Below are positions 25,185 through 38,890 of a stretch of DNA of 64,000 nt, one piece after another (position 1 is the first letter of the stretch; every line of letters begins with the position of its first letter). The position numbers and the translations under genes are program-made. The notes under the pieces were generated by a model. The model was not told the DNA's origin, did no database searches, and was given only the letters and a program-made list of their open reading frames with translations. The stretch comes from Entomortierella parvispora E1425 (taxonomy: Eukaryota; Fungi; Mortierellomycota), in NCBI GenBank assembly GCA_020891255.1, contig BQFW01000014.1, positions 1,364,001 to 1,428,000 on the forward strand, read 5' to 3'.

Positions 25185-26434
25185 ATGGACTCAACCGCAA
25201 CCCGTCGCTCGAGTAGAGCTGTGAAGCCAGTAGAAAAGGCAAAAGCGGCTCCGGTCGTTAAAAAGACGACTAAAAAGGCAGTAGGAGCGCCCAAAAAGAC
25301 AAAGGATACTCCTTCCGGCACCGTAACCGCTGACGGAGTTGTCAAGCGGAAGGTGGGTCGGCCCTTGGGCTCAACCAAGACCAAGAAAGCCCCAGTCTCG
25401 GCCTCGACCAAACCAAAGGGCCCTGAGCGTCGTGGACGTAAGCCAAAGGCAGCTACATTGCTGGCACGCGCTGCCGCCGCCGCTGCCGCTGCCACTGCTG
25501 GAGCGACCGGAAATGGACTCAAGGTGGAGGAACAAGTTTCAAAGCTCGATGTGGGTCCAAAAAAGTCTAACGCAGGTCGCAAGAGAAAAGTAGAAGAAAT
25601 CTCAAGTGACAATGTCTCTGCGAAGCGAAAGGCAGTGGTCAAAGATGAGGCTGAAGCGGATACGCCAGTTAAGGGCAAGCGCGGGAGACCTGTTGGCTCT
25701 GGAAAGAAACAGGCTGTGAAAGCAGAGGCGACGGCGACTACTACAGGAACAGAGTCCGTGTCAAAGGATGTTGCAAAGGACGACTCTGAGGGCGACTACA
25801 GTGGCATCAAGCTGACAATTGAGCGATGGTGGGTTTTTTTCCTAGCAGAGATCCCCATTCATCTCTTCAAAGTATTGACAACAGCTTGCTCCAATCCATG
25901 TTTTCTTGATGTAGCACGACATGCACTCAATATCGCAAGAATGTGAAGCGGATCTTTGAGGTAATGTGGCCAGATGTTTATTCCTACGGCGTTCGCATTA
26001 GTCTCAATATGATATTTAACGAAGAAAATTGCCGTTTATTTTCTCTATTCTTCTAGGTCACCAAGAACCTGTACCCTCACGCGCTGCTCCACGAGGAAGT
26101 TGTGCCAAATTCAAAGTCCTTTGAAATCTATTTGAGTGTGGACGGATCGAAAAGTAAGATCTTGAGCTTTTTTTCTTTTTTCTTTTTTCTTTATTTCAGC
26201 ATTTGTTCTTTTTGACTGACATGACCTGTTGAATCATCACAGACAAGTTGATCTGGAGCGGCAAAGCACATGCCCCACCAAAGTAAGTTCTCGTGGTTCG
26301 ACAACAGGGTAGAGCACTTCACGAACCAGAAGCAAAAGTCTCTGACATATCTCTTGCGTTTCCTTAGGCGACTTGCATTCCCGGACACGGACGTGTTTGT
26401 TGGATTGCTCAACGATGAGTTCAGGTCCAAGTAG
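25185..26434 (+). CDS. Selenoprotein-H-like (Rdx/thioredoxin-like fold) protein with CxxC and a long Lys/Arg-rich N-terminus bearing several AT-hook-like motifs; 5 exons
   Basis: Splicing introns 25829-25914, ~25961-26056, ~26155-26242 and ~26283-26367 gives IKLTIERCTTCTQYRKNVKRIFEVTKNLYPHALLHEEVVPNSKSFEIYLSVDGSKNKLIWSGKAHAPPKRLAFPDTDVFVGLLNDEFRSK*. This parallels the human SELENOH pattern IEHCTSU..GSFEV..LWTG..GPPRKLKFPE. N-terminal motifs: KRKVGRPLG, RRGRKPK, KRGRPVG. Confidence 0.82.
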
Positions 26435-26753
26435 ACCAAATACAAGACCCGCCGCGTATCTCGACCAACCAAACAGCCTCCAACTTGTCACCTTGCCAGT
26501 CCACTCATTGTATCTCCTTTGACAAGCTTCTCATGGATAGCTCCAAGACCTTTGATACAGTCCCATGAAAAGACAGAAGTAAACGAATGATCTTGAAGAT
26601 AGAACGCGTCTCTTTTCTTGAAGTTGTGATGGCCAAAAAAAAAAAAAAAAACCTGAGTGACGTGTCAACTTTTTTTGGCTTCGCCTTTCAGCACTCCTTT
26701 TGCATCTCGAGGCGCACACACTTTATTCTATCCAACAAACTCATCATTCAACC

Positions 26754-27443
26754 ATGCTCGAATACCACATTGTAAACTTCTGAAGCCTCTACCTGACAAT
26801 GCTTGAGAGACCATGCATTGCTGCCATGGGATGGCGCAACGGACCCGGACAAATTGCTGACCCTATTCTCTACTCTGCTTAAACATGAACAGGACTTTCA
26901 AGGCCAGAGTCGTGCAGAGGTGATCACACAGGGACTCATCACGACATTTGGAGTATGTTCATCCTTCCTTACTGCTCCCTTTCGCTGATGGACAAACCGC
27001 CGACCAAACGCCTGTCATGCCTAATGCTGAGTGAGGCGTCAGAGATCGAGAACTTTATTTCATTTCACTGATGCGAGTGTCTTCATGGTTATAGGTCGTT
27101 GGTTTCCTCGTTGGTCTCGTCTTGCAAGATATCCGTCTTTCTCTCTTCATCTTTGCTGCCGGGATCGTCTTGGCAGGCTTGGTAAGTAGAAGGCGTAATT
27201 GATCGGCGTACCGTTCGATTGTCTATGTGTGGTTCCTTGGCTGTTGAGGTTACTTGTGAAGCTGACCCTCCCCTTCTCCTCTCTTTCCAATTGGGTATTC
27301 CTTAGTTGGTTATCCCAGCATGGCCATATCTTAACAAGAACCCCGTCAAGTGGCTTCCAAGCAGAGCCAAGGCTGCCTTGGAGCAGGAAAAGTCAACAGT
27401 ATCATCATCATCCACCGGATCCGAAAAAGAAAAGGTGGCATAG
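26754..27443 (+). CDS. SPC1: Signal peptidase complex subunit 1 (SPC12/SPCS1), 4 exons
   Basis: MLEYHI|DFQGQSRAEVITQGLITTFG|VVGFLVGLVLQDIRLSLFIFAAGIVLAGL|LVIPAWPYLNKNPVKWL; has the DFxGQ and PxWPxxxxNPxxW motifs. Confidence 0.92.
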
Positions 27444-27757
27444 ACAGACAGACAGACCACGGAGGTCGCAAGCCCAAAACGAGGGACCTCTTCCATCCCT
27501 TGGTTTGGGAAGAGCGGGAACCAAATAAAAAGCAGTATCAGTTGCAGCCCCAATTGAAAGCAGTTGGTTTCTTAAATTTTGTTTCTGCGTTCCAGGTCAG
27601 CTACCCAAAGAGACATCTCGCCGCGTCAAGTAACCCCGAAGACCCCAAATTGAGCCACAGATGGTCACAATAACACTTACCTCGAACGCTGCAGCCGGAA
27701 TTTGTTTTGTTCTTTACAACGCAAAAAACACGTGATCTTATAAAAGCACATTGATTT

Positions 27758-27918
27758 GAGATTTCCGGACCCTACGGGGCGAGGGAATCAACGACCTTCT
27801 TTGCCGTAAAAGATCTCCAGACTGATGTTAATATATATTATTTCGAACAGTCAGAGAATTGGGTGTCATGGCTGCGAGTTCAAGCCTTTGTGCGGGTTCG
27901 ATGCTGCCCAGGACAATA
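27758..27918 (+). ncRNA. Candidate structured ncRNA with box H/ACA layout
   Basis: Hairpin GACTG(27820)/CAGTC(27848); H box AGAGAA (ANANNA) at 27853; hairpin TGGGTG/CTGCCCA; ACA at 27913 followed by 3 nt and an AT-rich tail. Extra 5' hairpins GATTTCC/GGGAATC and TCTTT/AAAGA. TATAAAAG at 27739. Confidence 0.4.
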
Positions 27919-28095
27919 TTCACTGGCACATTTATATTTTATTTTTAAAAATTTTATTCCAACAAAAAAAACCTGATCGTAGTAACTTACAGCAGCCTTG
28001 AGAATGTTGGTGAAAAGTGCAATAGGCTTTTGACACAGATCCCTTACTCGACAGACCCTGTCTTTGGATTAATACTCCTTCTAAAGCAGTGTTTA

Positions 28096-29022
28096 TTACT
28101 CTAGTACCATATAATAAACAGTGCCGAGTTGTGAACGCTCTTTTTCTTTGATCTTTAAACCCGCTTCTACAACCAGATCCTCGATCTCTCGGTTCCAGTA
28201 GCACCCATACTTGTGTACATGTCGATCCAGTTTAGATGCTTGCATGTCCTGCATTGCCTTCCAATTGCTGTTGCCGTGCTCCAACAGTAGCAGCTGACCA
28301 CCTGGCTTGAGTACACGCTTCATCTCCTGAAGAACCTTCACGGGCTCCTCGAACGAACACAGACCAAACGTGTCCACAATGGTGTCAAAGCTCTGGTCAG
28401 GGTAAGGGATCGCAGCCGCATTCATAGTCTTGAAGCCAATCCTTGTCTCGACGACTGCGTTTGATTCTGCCTCCTGTCCTTGGTTCACGGCATTTGTACC
28501 AGGGGTGGTCGTGGCTGATGTTCCTGCTGCTGCGGACGCCATCTTGGTCGAGTAGGCTATCCGCTCCAATTCCAATTGCTGTTGCCTCCGCATCTGATAG
28601 TCGAATCGCTTGCCCAATTCACTCTTGGCCACCTTGTCCTTCAACACCTCCATCATCCCCTCAGAGAAATCGGAGAACACAATCTCGGAACAGCAGCCCT
28701 TTGGATAAAAGTCAATGTTCCGTCCTGTCCCGGAGGCAATCTCGAGAACTCGTCCTTTTGCATTCTTCAAGAGCCGTTTCCGTCGGCGTTGGATGCCAAG
28801 AAGGTATTCATGAATTCGGACCTCGCTGTCATAACCGGGCGCCAAGTTATCAAAGGTCGACTGACGAGTTGACTCTGTCGGGAAACGACCATGGCTGGAA
28901 TCTGACTCCTGCTCTATTGACTTTTGGGGTAGGAATGTCAACGCAAACGAGACCCCTGTGGCGTAGGTGATTAAACCACCAATGACGAGCTGTGTACGCG
29001 AGAATCGACCGAGAAATGACAT
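28096..29022 (-). CDS. Class I SAM-dependent methyltransferase, OMS1-like (probably mitochondrial, single TM)
   Basis: Single exon. N-terminal MSFLGRFSRTQLVIGGLITYATG; motif I VLEIASGTGRN; SFDTIVDTFGLCS..LQEMKRVLKPGGQLLLLEHG; HKYGCYWNR. Confidence 0.88.
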   Translation of the reverse strand: MSFLGRFSRTQLVIGGLITYATGVSFALTFLPQKSIEQESDSSHGRFPTESTRQSTFDNLAPGYDSEVRIHEYLLGIQRRRKRLLKNAKGRVLEIASGTGRNIDFYPKGCCSEIVFSDFSEGMMEVLKDKVAKSELGKRFDYQMRRQQQLELERIAYSTKMASAAAGTSATTTPGTNAVNQGQEAESNAVVETRIGFKTMNAAAIPYPDQSFDTIVDTFGLCSFEEPVKVLQEMKRVLKPGGQLLLLEHGNSNWKAMQDMQASKLDRHVHKYGCYWNREIEDLVVEAGLKIKEKERSQLGTVYYMVLE

Positions 29023-29337
29023 TTAGGGCACAGAGATTGAAGTGAAAGATCCAGAGATGCTGCCATCCTTTGAGGAAGCGATCTCTTAAGGGGCATATTG
29101 ATCTTTGATGGTGTTTTCATCTTCACCTCTCCGTGAACTTTTCTACGATTCTTACGAGCTTTAATAATTCTAACAAAAATAATTTTTTTTGGAGAGCAGT
29201 ACGTATCTACAACAATGGAATGCAAAGAGGGGAGATGAAGAGAGTGAAAGGGAAACTAAACAAAAACAAAACAAAATATCTATAGAGGGTCATAACATTG
29301 TCAAAACAACCTCAAGAGAAAATCATCTGTTGGCTAT

Positions 29338-32300
29338 TTAGAACTCCTCCTCAGAGTCGGAGACCTCCTCACCGCGCTTCTTGGCAGCAGCGCGACGCTT
29401 CTGCTTCTCCTTGAGCTCCTTACGAGACAACTTGCGAGTGGACTTGACCTTCTCGACGTTACCGAAGGCATCGACCTTGACCTCCTCCTCCTTCATGACG
29501 ATCTTCTCCAAGTTCTTCTGGGTGTAGTTGTTACCGGTGACAACGAGCTTACCGGCATCAACGGACCACTTCTCGACGGTGACGGTGTCAGTGAACTCAC
29601 GGTTGTGGGAAATAATGACAACTCCACCTCCGAACTCCTTGATGGCCTCAGACAAGGCACCGAGGGAGTCACGATCCAAGTAGTTGGTGGGCTCGTCGAG
29701 GACCAACAAATGGGGGTTGAGCCACATGGCGGCGGCAAGGACGACCTTGACCTTCTGACCACCGGAAAGACCGCGGATACGGCTGTGGGTGGCGAACTCG
29801 GCATCAAGACCGAGATCACCCAAGTGCTTCTCGACCTCAACGGCAGTCAAGGAGCGGGTCCAGGCACCAGCCTTGGCAGCCTCCTTGTCGTCGAAGGCCT
29901 GGAGGACCTTCTCGAAACCCCACTCCTCGAGCTTCTCACGAGCAATCCAGGCGTTGTCCTCATAAGAGCGGCCAACGAACTGAACCTCGTACTCGAAAGA
30001 GCGCTTGGCCTTACGACGTCCATAGAGATCCTCGATCTGGACCTTCTCGATCTTCTCGTTAATCTCCCACTGGATGAACTTCTTCATCTGGGCCTCCTCC
30101 TCGGGCGAGATCTGGCGAGTGGCCTTGTTGACCATCTCACGATCCTCACCGTACTGGTAACGCCAGCGGATGTACTCGTTGGGGGTCTTGTCCAAGTGCT
30201 GCTCGACGTGGTGGAAAGCGTGCTGGGCGACGTAGGCGACACGGACGTTGGGGTGCTTGGTAACAACACCATCGGTGGGGAGAGTCTCACCGGTCAAGAC
30301 CTTGATGAGGGTAGACTTACCGGCACCGTTGGGTCCGATGACGGCAACACGGGAGTTGAGGGAGACCTGGCAAGACATGTTCATGATGGTCAACTTGGAG
30401 GCACCGGGGTAGGCGAAATCAATGTTCTGGAGCTTGACAAGGGCCTTATCCTTGGACTTGACACCATCCAAGAAACCGGGCTCGGGGAGCTTGAAGGCAA
30501 TGGGGGAAGCAGAGAGCTCGTAGTAAGACTTGCCCTGGGGGTACTGCTCAACGAACTTGGACAAGTTACCCTTGTACTTCTTGAGCTTACGGGTCTCGTA
30601 GTGGATAATACCAGTGCAGACGGCGTCAAGGAAACCAGAGTCGTGGGAAACGATCATGGAGGTGACGTTGGTCAAGGAGTTAAGGTAGTTCTGCAACCAG
30701 GCGACGTTGGCAACATCCAAATGGTTGGTGGGCTCATCCAACAACAAGATATCGGCGTTCATCAACATGGCACGGGCCAACTCGAGCTTCATCTTCCAAC
30801 CACCGGAAAGAGATCCGACAGCCTGCTCCTGCTTCTCCTTGTCGAAACCGACAGACTCGAGCATGGCAATGACATCAGCACGCTCGAGGTTCTTGATCTT
30901 CTCATCAGCGAAGATGAAGGTGGCGACGGGGAGGTCGGCATCCTCAGCCTGGAGGTTGTGCTCGACGAAGACGGTACGGAGCTCATCGGGGGAGGGGAAG
31001 CCCTCGAGCTGACCATCAGCAATGGCGCGCATGAGGGTCGACTTACCGACACCGTTGGGTCCGCAAAGACCGTAACGCTGACCACGACGGAGGTTGAGGC
31101 GGGTCTTGTTCAACAAGATCATACCACCATAAGCGAGAGAGAACTCGCAGTCGCAGAGAAGCTCACCCTCCTCAACATCAGCAACAGCGGCGTTGGAAAG
31201 AGCATTCTTGGCATCGTAATCGATGTAGAAGGCGTTAAGGTCACCAGCAAGAGCGGAGACCTCGGCCTCGGAACCGATGACGGTGGTGTAGGGGACGATG
31301 GAAGCAACCCAGGCATCCTTCTCGAAGTTGCGGGAGGCAATCAACTCGGCGCAGAGAGTGGAGACATAGGCGAGGACGGTGGCAGAGAAAGCATCCTCCT
31401 TGACGAAGGTGGCCTTCTCCTTGAGGACCTCGAGGACCTGAGCGGAGGAGACGGTGTAGGCAACAGTGACGACCTGGTCCTTGGAACCGGGCTCACCACC
31501 ACCGACGCGAACCAAGGTGGAACGGGCACGCTCGGCAACGGAACGGAGCTCGGGGGAGGCACCGATCTCGATCATACGGTCCAAACCGGGCAAGAGCTTG
31601 GGCAAGAACTGGACGGCGTGAGCGGGGTTCTCGACGAGCTTGCACATGTTGTCGATAATGACAGCGGTCTGACGCTGGATGGAGGGGGTACGCTCAGCAA
31701 GACCACGGACCAAAAGGGGGCACATGATGGCGAGGGTGGGCTCCTCGACGGTGGTGACGAAGGTGGTGGCAGCAAGCTGGTGAATGCAGTCGGCAGCCTC
31801 CTCGGGACGGTTGATGCATCCAACCAAGTAAGGGATGGAGGAGATCAAATCGGGGTTACCGACAACGTTGAAGCAGTCGGTGATGGTCTTGGTGGCCTGG
31901 TCACGGACCTGTATTGGACAGGAGCGAAAAGCGGATGCGGGTCAGTCCTCTGCTATTGCTGGGGCGTTCGAGTCTGCTCTTCTCTGGTGGCACTGGTTCA
32001 AATGTATCTCCTGTTTTCACTTTGTCCACTAGCCTTCACAAATCAGATTCACTTGCGCCGTTCCATCACGTGGAGTCGACTCTTTTTTTTTTCCGTCTGT
32101 TGGGTAAATGTGGGCTCGCCAGCAAAAAAAATAGTGTAAGAGGAAAAGAAAAAGAGAAGGAAAACATACCTCGGGCTTGGAGTCCCACATGGTCTCAGAG
32201 ACAATAGGGATAATGTCAGAGAGAGCAGCAGAGATTTGCTACAGGCGCAGTTAAGAGAGGATAAATGAAACATTAGACATTCATTCCTGTGGCATGTTTG

Positions 32301-32898
32301 TTGTTCCTGTGAAAGGGACGTGCTTCCTGTGCACAGACATCCTGCATACCTGAGGAGCAGTCTGGGTCAAGCCAGACAAGATATCCAAAGCACCGATCTT
32401 GGAGTGCCTGTTGGTTTGGTCGAGGTAGAGAGGACTTTGTTAGAAGTCTGTGGAAGAGTTAACTGCATTCAGGTACAAAAAAGGATCCTTCGAGGCATAC
32501 CACTTCGACTCCTTGATGGCGTGGAAGATGACGGGCAACAAGAGACGGACGGCGTAGCGGGTAGGCAAAGCCATGATAGCCTTGGAGGCGACATCGGCAG
32601 CCTGACGGACAACGACCATCTTGTCAGAGTAAAGCTCGAAAACCTTGGGCATCTGGGGGATCAAGAAAGGCTCGCCGGCCTGACCGAAGACAACGGCGAG
32701 GGAGCCAAGAGCGAGAAGAGCGCCCTCACGGTGGGGGACGGACTTCTTGTTCTCAAGGAGAGGGGAGAGGCTCTCGATGATAGCAACGGACTTGACAAGA
32801 CCCTCGGTCTTGGCGAAAGCAGCAAGAGCGTCGGCGGCGACCTGGCGCTGCTCGGTGGTCTCGGCCTTGATGATGGCATCAATAAGAGGGGCGGACAT
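29338..32898 (-). CDS. YEF3: Translation elongation factor 3 (ABC-F ATPase), 4 exons
   Basis: HEAT-repeat N-terminus; ABC1 GPNGVGKSTLM, LSGGWKMKL, LLLDEPTNHLD; ABC2 GPNGAGKSTL with chromo-like insert, LSGGQKVKV, LDEPTNYLD; basic C-tail. Strong C-ending codon bias. Confidence 0.96.
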
Positions 32899-34549
32899 TG
32901 TGATGGAGATGTCGATGGGGTTAACGACGGGGAGAAAAGGGGTGGCTAATGAGTGGAATGGGTAGGGAAGAAGGTGGTGAATGCCAAAATCCCAGGTATT
33001 GATGCCGGATGGAAGGAGAGAAAGAAGGGAAGATCAGAGGATTGCGAGCTTGCGAAGTGGTTTTATCAGACCAGCCAGCGTGCGGTGGCCGTGGCCGCAC
33101 GTTGGCGGGTTCTGTGGCACGTAGGCCGCGGACCCCTGCAGGAGCAGGGACACCTTTTCGCACAATAAAAAAAATTTTATGCGGTGGCTTGTTTATTTTT
33201 GTTCTGGCTGTGCTCATCCTTTCAACTTTCGCCAGTCCAGCTTTGTTGTCCAGACTCTGCTCTCCACGGTTTACACGTTCAGTCCACTGTCCACGCGCAG
33301 TGCAAAGAAAACGAGGGCTCGGTGGGGATGGGTTGGGAGAGTCAGCGCAACGAAGTCAAGGAAGAAAGATCAGTTGATTCTGTTTACACTGAGAGTTGGG
33401 AGTTTGTTGTCACCACTGCCACAAGGTATGCATGTCTGTGCACAACATCTACACATAGGAAACACGCCTGCACATCGTTGGCATGGTCTCCCTTCACCCA
33501 GCACGCCAATTCTGGGATCAAATCGCCGTCTCAGCGTCTCTCCTGTCCAACGATCTCCTGTCCTATTCCTGTTTTTTTGCTCAAGAGTTGCAACTCTTTC
33601 TGAGATCATTGGTGAAGTCCCAAGTCGTTATCATCGTATCAGCGTGGGAAGAGTGGAGCAATTGTTAGTAAAAGAAGGAAAAGGAAGCCGAGGATGGCGC
33701 AAGTCCCAAGAAGATATCGGTCGAACGAGAGTCAGCCAAAGTGAGTCGGAAATCCTCCCCGCTTTTTCTCTTTGCTCAGCTTGACCGGCAGCGATAGGAT
33801 GATAGGGGACCGAGCAGCCCAAGGTTAAAAGACAGCAGAGGTGCGCCGGTTTCTTTGATTTCGGTCGATGAAAAAAGACGACGGCAGACTGATCCATTGC
33901 ACCACTTGGAAGGGGTCTCTGGCCGAGACACGTACAGAGCGAGCTGGACGAACGCCGTGTACGGGAGATGCGTCACAGCAGACAGTACACCCAAGCGGAT
34001 TAAGGTTGGGAGGGCGGTACCCCGCAATTCGCCTCTTTCCTTTTTGATCCCAACGCGGATAAGGACTGGGGTATAAAAACTGATGTTGCTTTTTGTCTTC
34101 TGACTCTCTTTTCTTTTCCCTTGCTCTTTACTCTCTCCTCACAACTGCCCCTTCCTTTCGTTCAGTCGAAATACACAAGGTAAAGTCTCGCTGTTTTCCC
34201 ATGGTTTCCCCTCCAATCCCCACCTTCCTCCACTCCTTCATCCTCAACGAAAATATTCAGGAAACGAGCGCTGGGAATCTTGCCCGCTTCTGTCCGAGAT
34301 TTTTTTTCCTTGTCGACTGGAGCCACTCCTTGTGTGAGGGAAAACACAACAAAAAATGTTCTCCTGTGAGAGCGTTTTCCCACACTGTTTTCTCAACTGC
34401 CGATGGCGTTATTTGCAACTCAAAGAGTCACCATCACCTTGACTGCCAGATTATCAGATCGAGGCACCCTCACTCTTCCTCATCGTGGTGTACAAAAAAG
34501 TCTGGTCCTGTTTTCTAATCGACATCACTTCTTCTCTTAGATATCCACA

Positions 34550-36129
34550 ATGACTCAAGTTGATTCCTGGAACGCTGGTATGAACACCCCTCTCAATGTC
34601 GAGGACCCCGAGATCTACAAGCTCATCCAGCAGGAGAAGTACCGCCAGTACTCTGGTCTCGAGTTGATCGCCTCTGAGGTGAGTCCCTGCTTCCTGGAGC
34701 AACGAAAGGAGAGAAAAAAAAAGGAAACAAAAGAAATAGGGGCAAAGGGGGCGGCGCAAGAATTGAAAGATGGGAATTGATAATTCATCAAGGGAACCGT
34801 CAAACTGATAACACGCCGATCTCCCATTCGCTTTTGCATGACCGATAGAACTTCACCTCCCAGGCCGTCATGGAGGCCAACGGATCGGCCTTGACCAACA
34901 AGTACTCTGAGGGTCTCCCCGGTGCCCGTTACTACGGTGGTAACGAGTACATTGATCAGATCGAGAACTTGTGCCGCAAGCGTGCCCTCGAGGCCTTTGG
35001 TCTCTCTGCCGAGGAGTGGGGTGTCAACGTTCAGCCTTACTCTGGATCGACTGCCAACTTTGCTGCCTTGACCGCCATGATCCAGCCCCAGGATCGCATC
35101 ATGGGTCTCGATCTCCCCTCCGGTGGACATTTGACTCACGGTTACCAGACTGCCAAGAAGAAGATCTCTGCCACCTCGATCTACTTCCAGTCCATGCCCT
35201 ACCAGGTTGACTCTGTCACTGGTCTCATTGACCTTGACCGCCTCGAGGAGAACGCCAAGTTGTTCCGCCCCAAGGTTCTCATCTGCGGTGCCTCTGCCTA
35301 CCCCCGTGAGTGGGACTACGCTCGTTTCCGCAAGATTGCTGACCAGCACGGTGCCTACCTCATGTCCGATATGGCTCACATCTCTGGTCTCGTTGCTGGT
35401 CAGGAGGCCGAGTCGCCCTTCAAGTACTGCGATGTTGTCACCACCACCACCCACAAGACTCTCCGTGGTCCCCGTGCTGGTTTGATCTTCTTCCGCAAGA
35501 ACCAGGGCGCCAAGGTTGAGAAGGGTGAGGATCTCGAGTCCCGTGTCAACCAGGCTGTTTTCCCCTCCATCCAGGGAGGCCCCCACAACAACACCATTGC
35601 TGGTATCGCTGTTGCCTTGAAGCAGGCTGCCAGCCCCGAGTTCAAGCTCTATGCCAAGCAGGTCATTGCCAACTCCAGAGCCCTTGCCGCCACTTTGCTC
35701 GGCCACGGTTACAAGATTGTCACTGACGGTTCTGACAACCACTTGATCCTCTGGGATCTCCGCCCCAACAAGCTTACCGGCAGCAAGGTTGAGCGTATTT
35801 GCGACATGGCTTCCATTACCCTCAACAAGAACTCTGTCTGCGGTGATGTCTCCGCCGTTACCCCCGGTGGTGTTCGTCTCGGAACCTCGGCTTTGACCTC
35901 GCGCTCCTTCAAGGAGGCCGACTTTGTCAAGGTTGGTGAGTTCTTGCACCGCATCGTCCAGATTGCTCTTGAGGTTCAGGCCAAGGCTGGCAGCAAGCTC
36001 ATGAAGGACTTTGTTGCTGCCCTTGAGGGCAACGCCGATGTTGCCACTCTCCGTAAGGAGGTCGAGGCTTTCGCCACCTCCTTCCCCTTCCCCGGATTCG
36101 ATGTCAAGGACCTCACCCCCAACCACTAA
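34550..36129 (+). CDS. SHM2: Serine hydroxymethyltransferase, cytosolic type (2 coding exons; 5'-UTR intron ~34180-34540)
   Basis: LELIASE|[33 protein letters not shown]; [10 protein letters not shown]; PLP lysine motif [12 protein letters not shown]; QGGPHN; GVRLGT. No mitochondrial presequence seen. Confidence 0.96.
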
Positions 36130-36539
36130 ATGTTGGATAGCTCGGCACAGGATCAATTCTTTATTTTCTTTTACTGTTCGTTGCTTTCAAGGGTGACCAC
36201 GAGGCGTATGCTCAACCATGCCCCTGGCCATTCATGTCCAAACATTCAACATATCGCAATCCATCCTCTTTTACACTTGTCTCTGTGCTGTATTTTCTCT
36301 TCCCTCCTTCTCTCTCTTATTCGCATATTTCTTTGTTATTTTTCATGCAAACATTTTTTGCGCTCGTCAAAGGTAGACATGTGGTCGGTGCTGCCACCTA
36401 CGCTTTGACTGTATCATAGTTTCATCAGTTCCCTAGGATATTCAACATTATCGATCAATAATGAAGAACAAAAAAACCAAAAAAACCAAAAAAAAAAAAA
36501 ACCCCCGCCCCGATTGTTTAATTTTATTCAAGTGGGAAT

Positions 36540-38890
<2,351 letters not shown>

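Noticed and set aside
26435-26640. Possible SECIS in the 3' UTR of the SelH-like gene
   Set aside because: ATGA...GA words exist but there is no convincing helix II, and the CDS has TGC rather than an in-frame TGA.
27861-27915. tRNA-like fragment with TTCAA (tRNA-Sec-like anticodon) and GGTTCGA, near the SelH-like gene
   Set aside because: Only ~50 nt between candidate acceptor strands, no D arm or long variable arm, and poor stems. The H/ACA reading fits better.
29605-32139. 844-aa plus-strand ORF
   Set aside because: Antisense shadow of eEF3 caused by its strong C-ending codon bias; no domain content.
31910-32168. Possible C/D snoRNA in the longest eEF3 intron (GTGATGG..CTGA on the minus strand)
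   Set aside because: The C box is imperfect, the CTGA coincides with the branch point, and there is no terminal stem or rRNA-complementary guide.
34615-36156. 513-aa minus-strand ORF
   Set aside because: Antisense shadow of highly biased SHMT.
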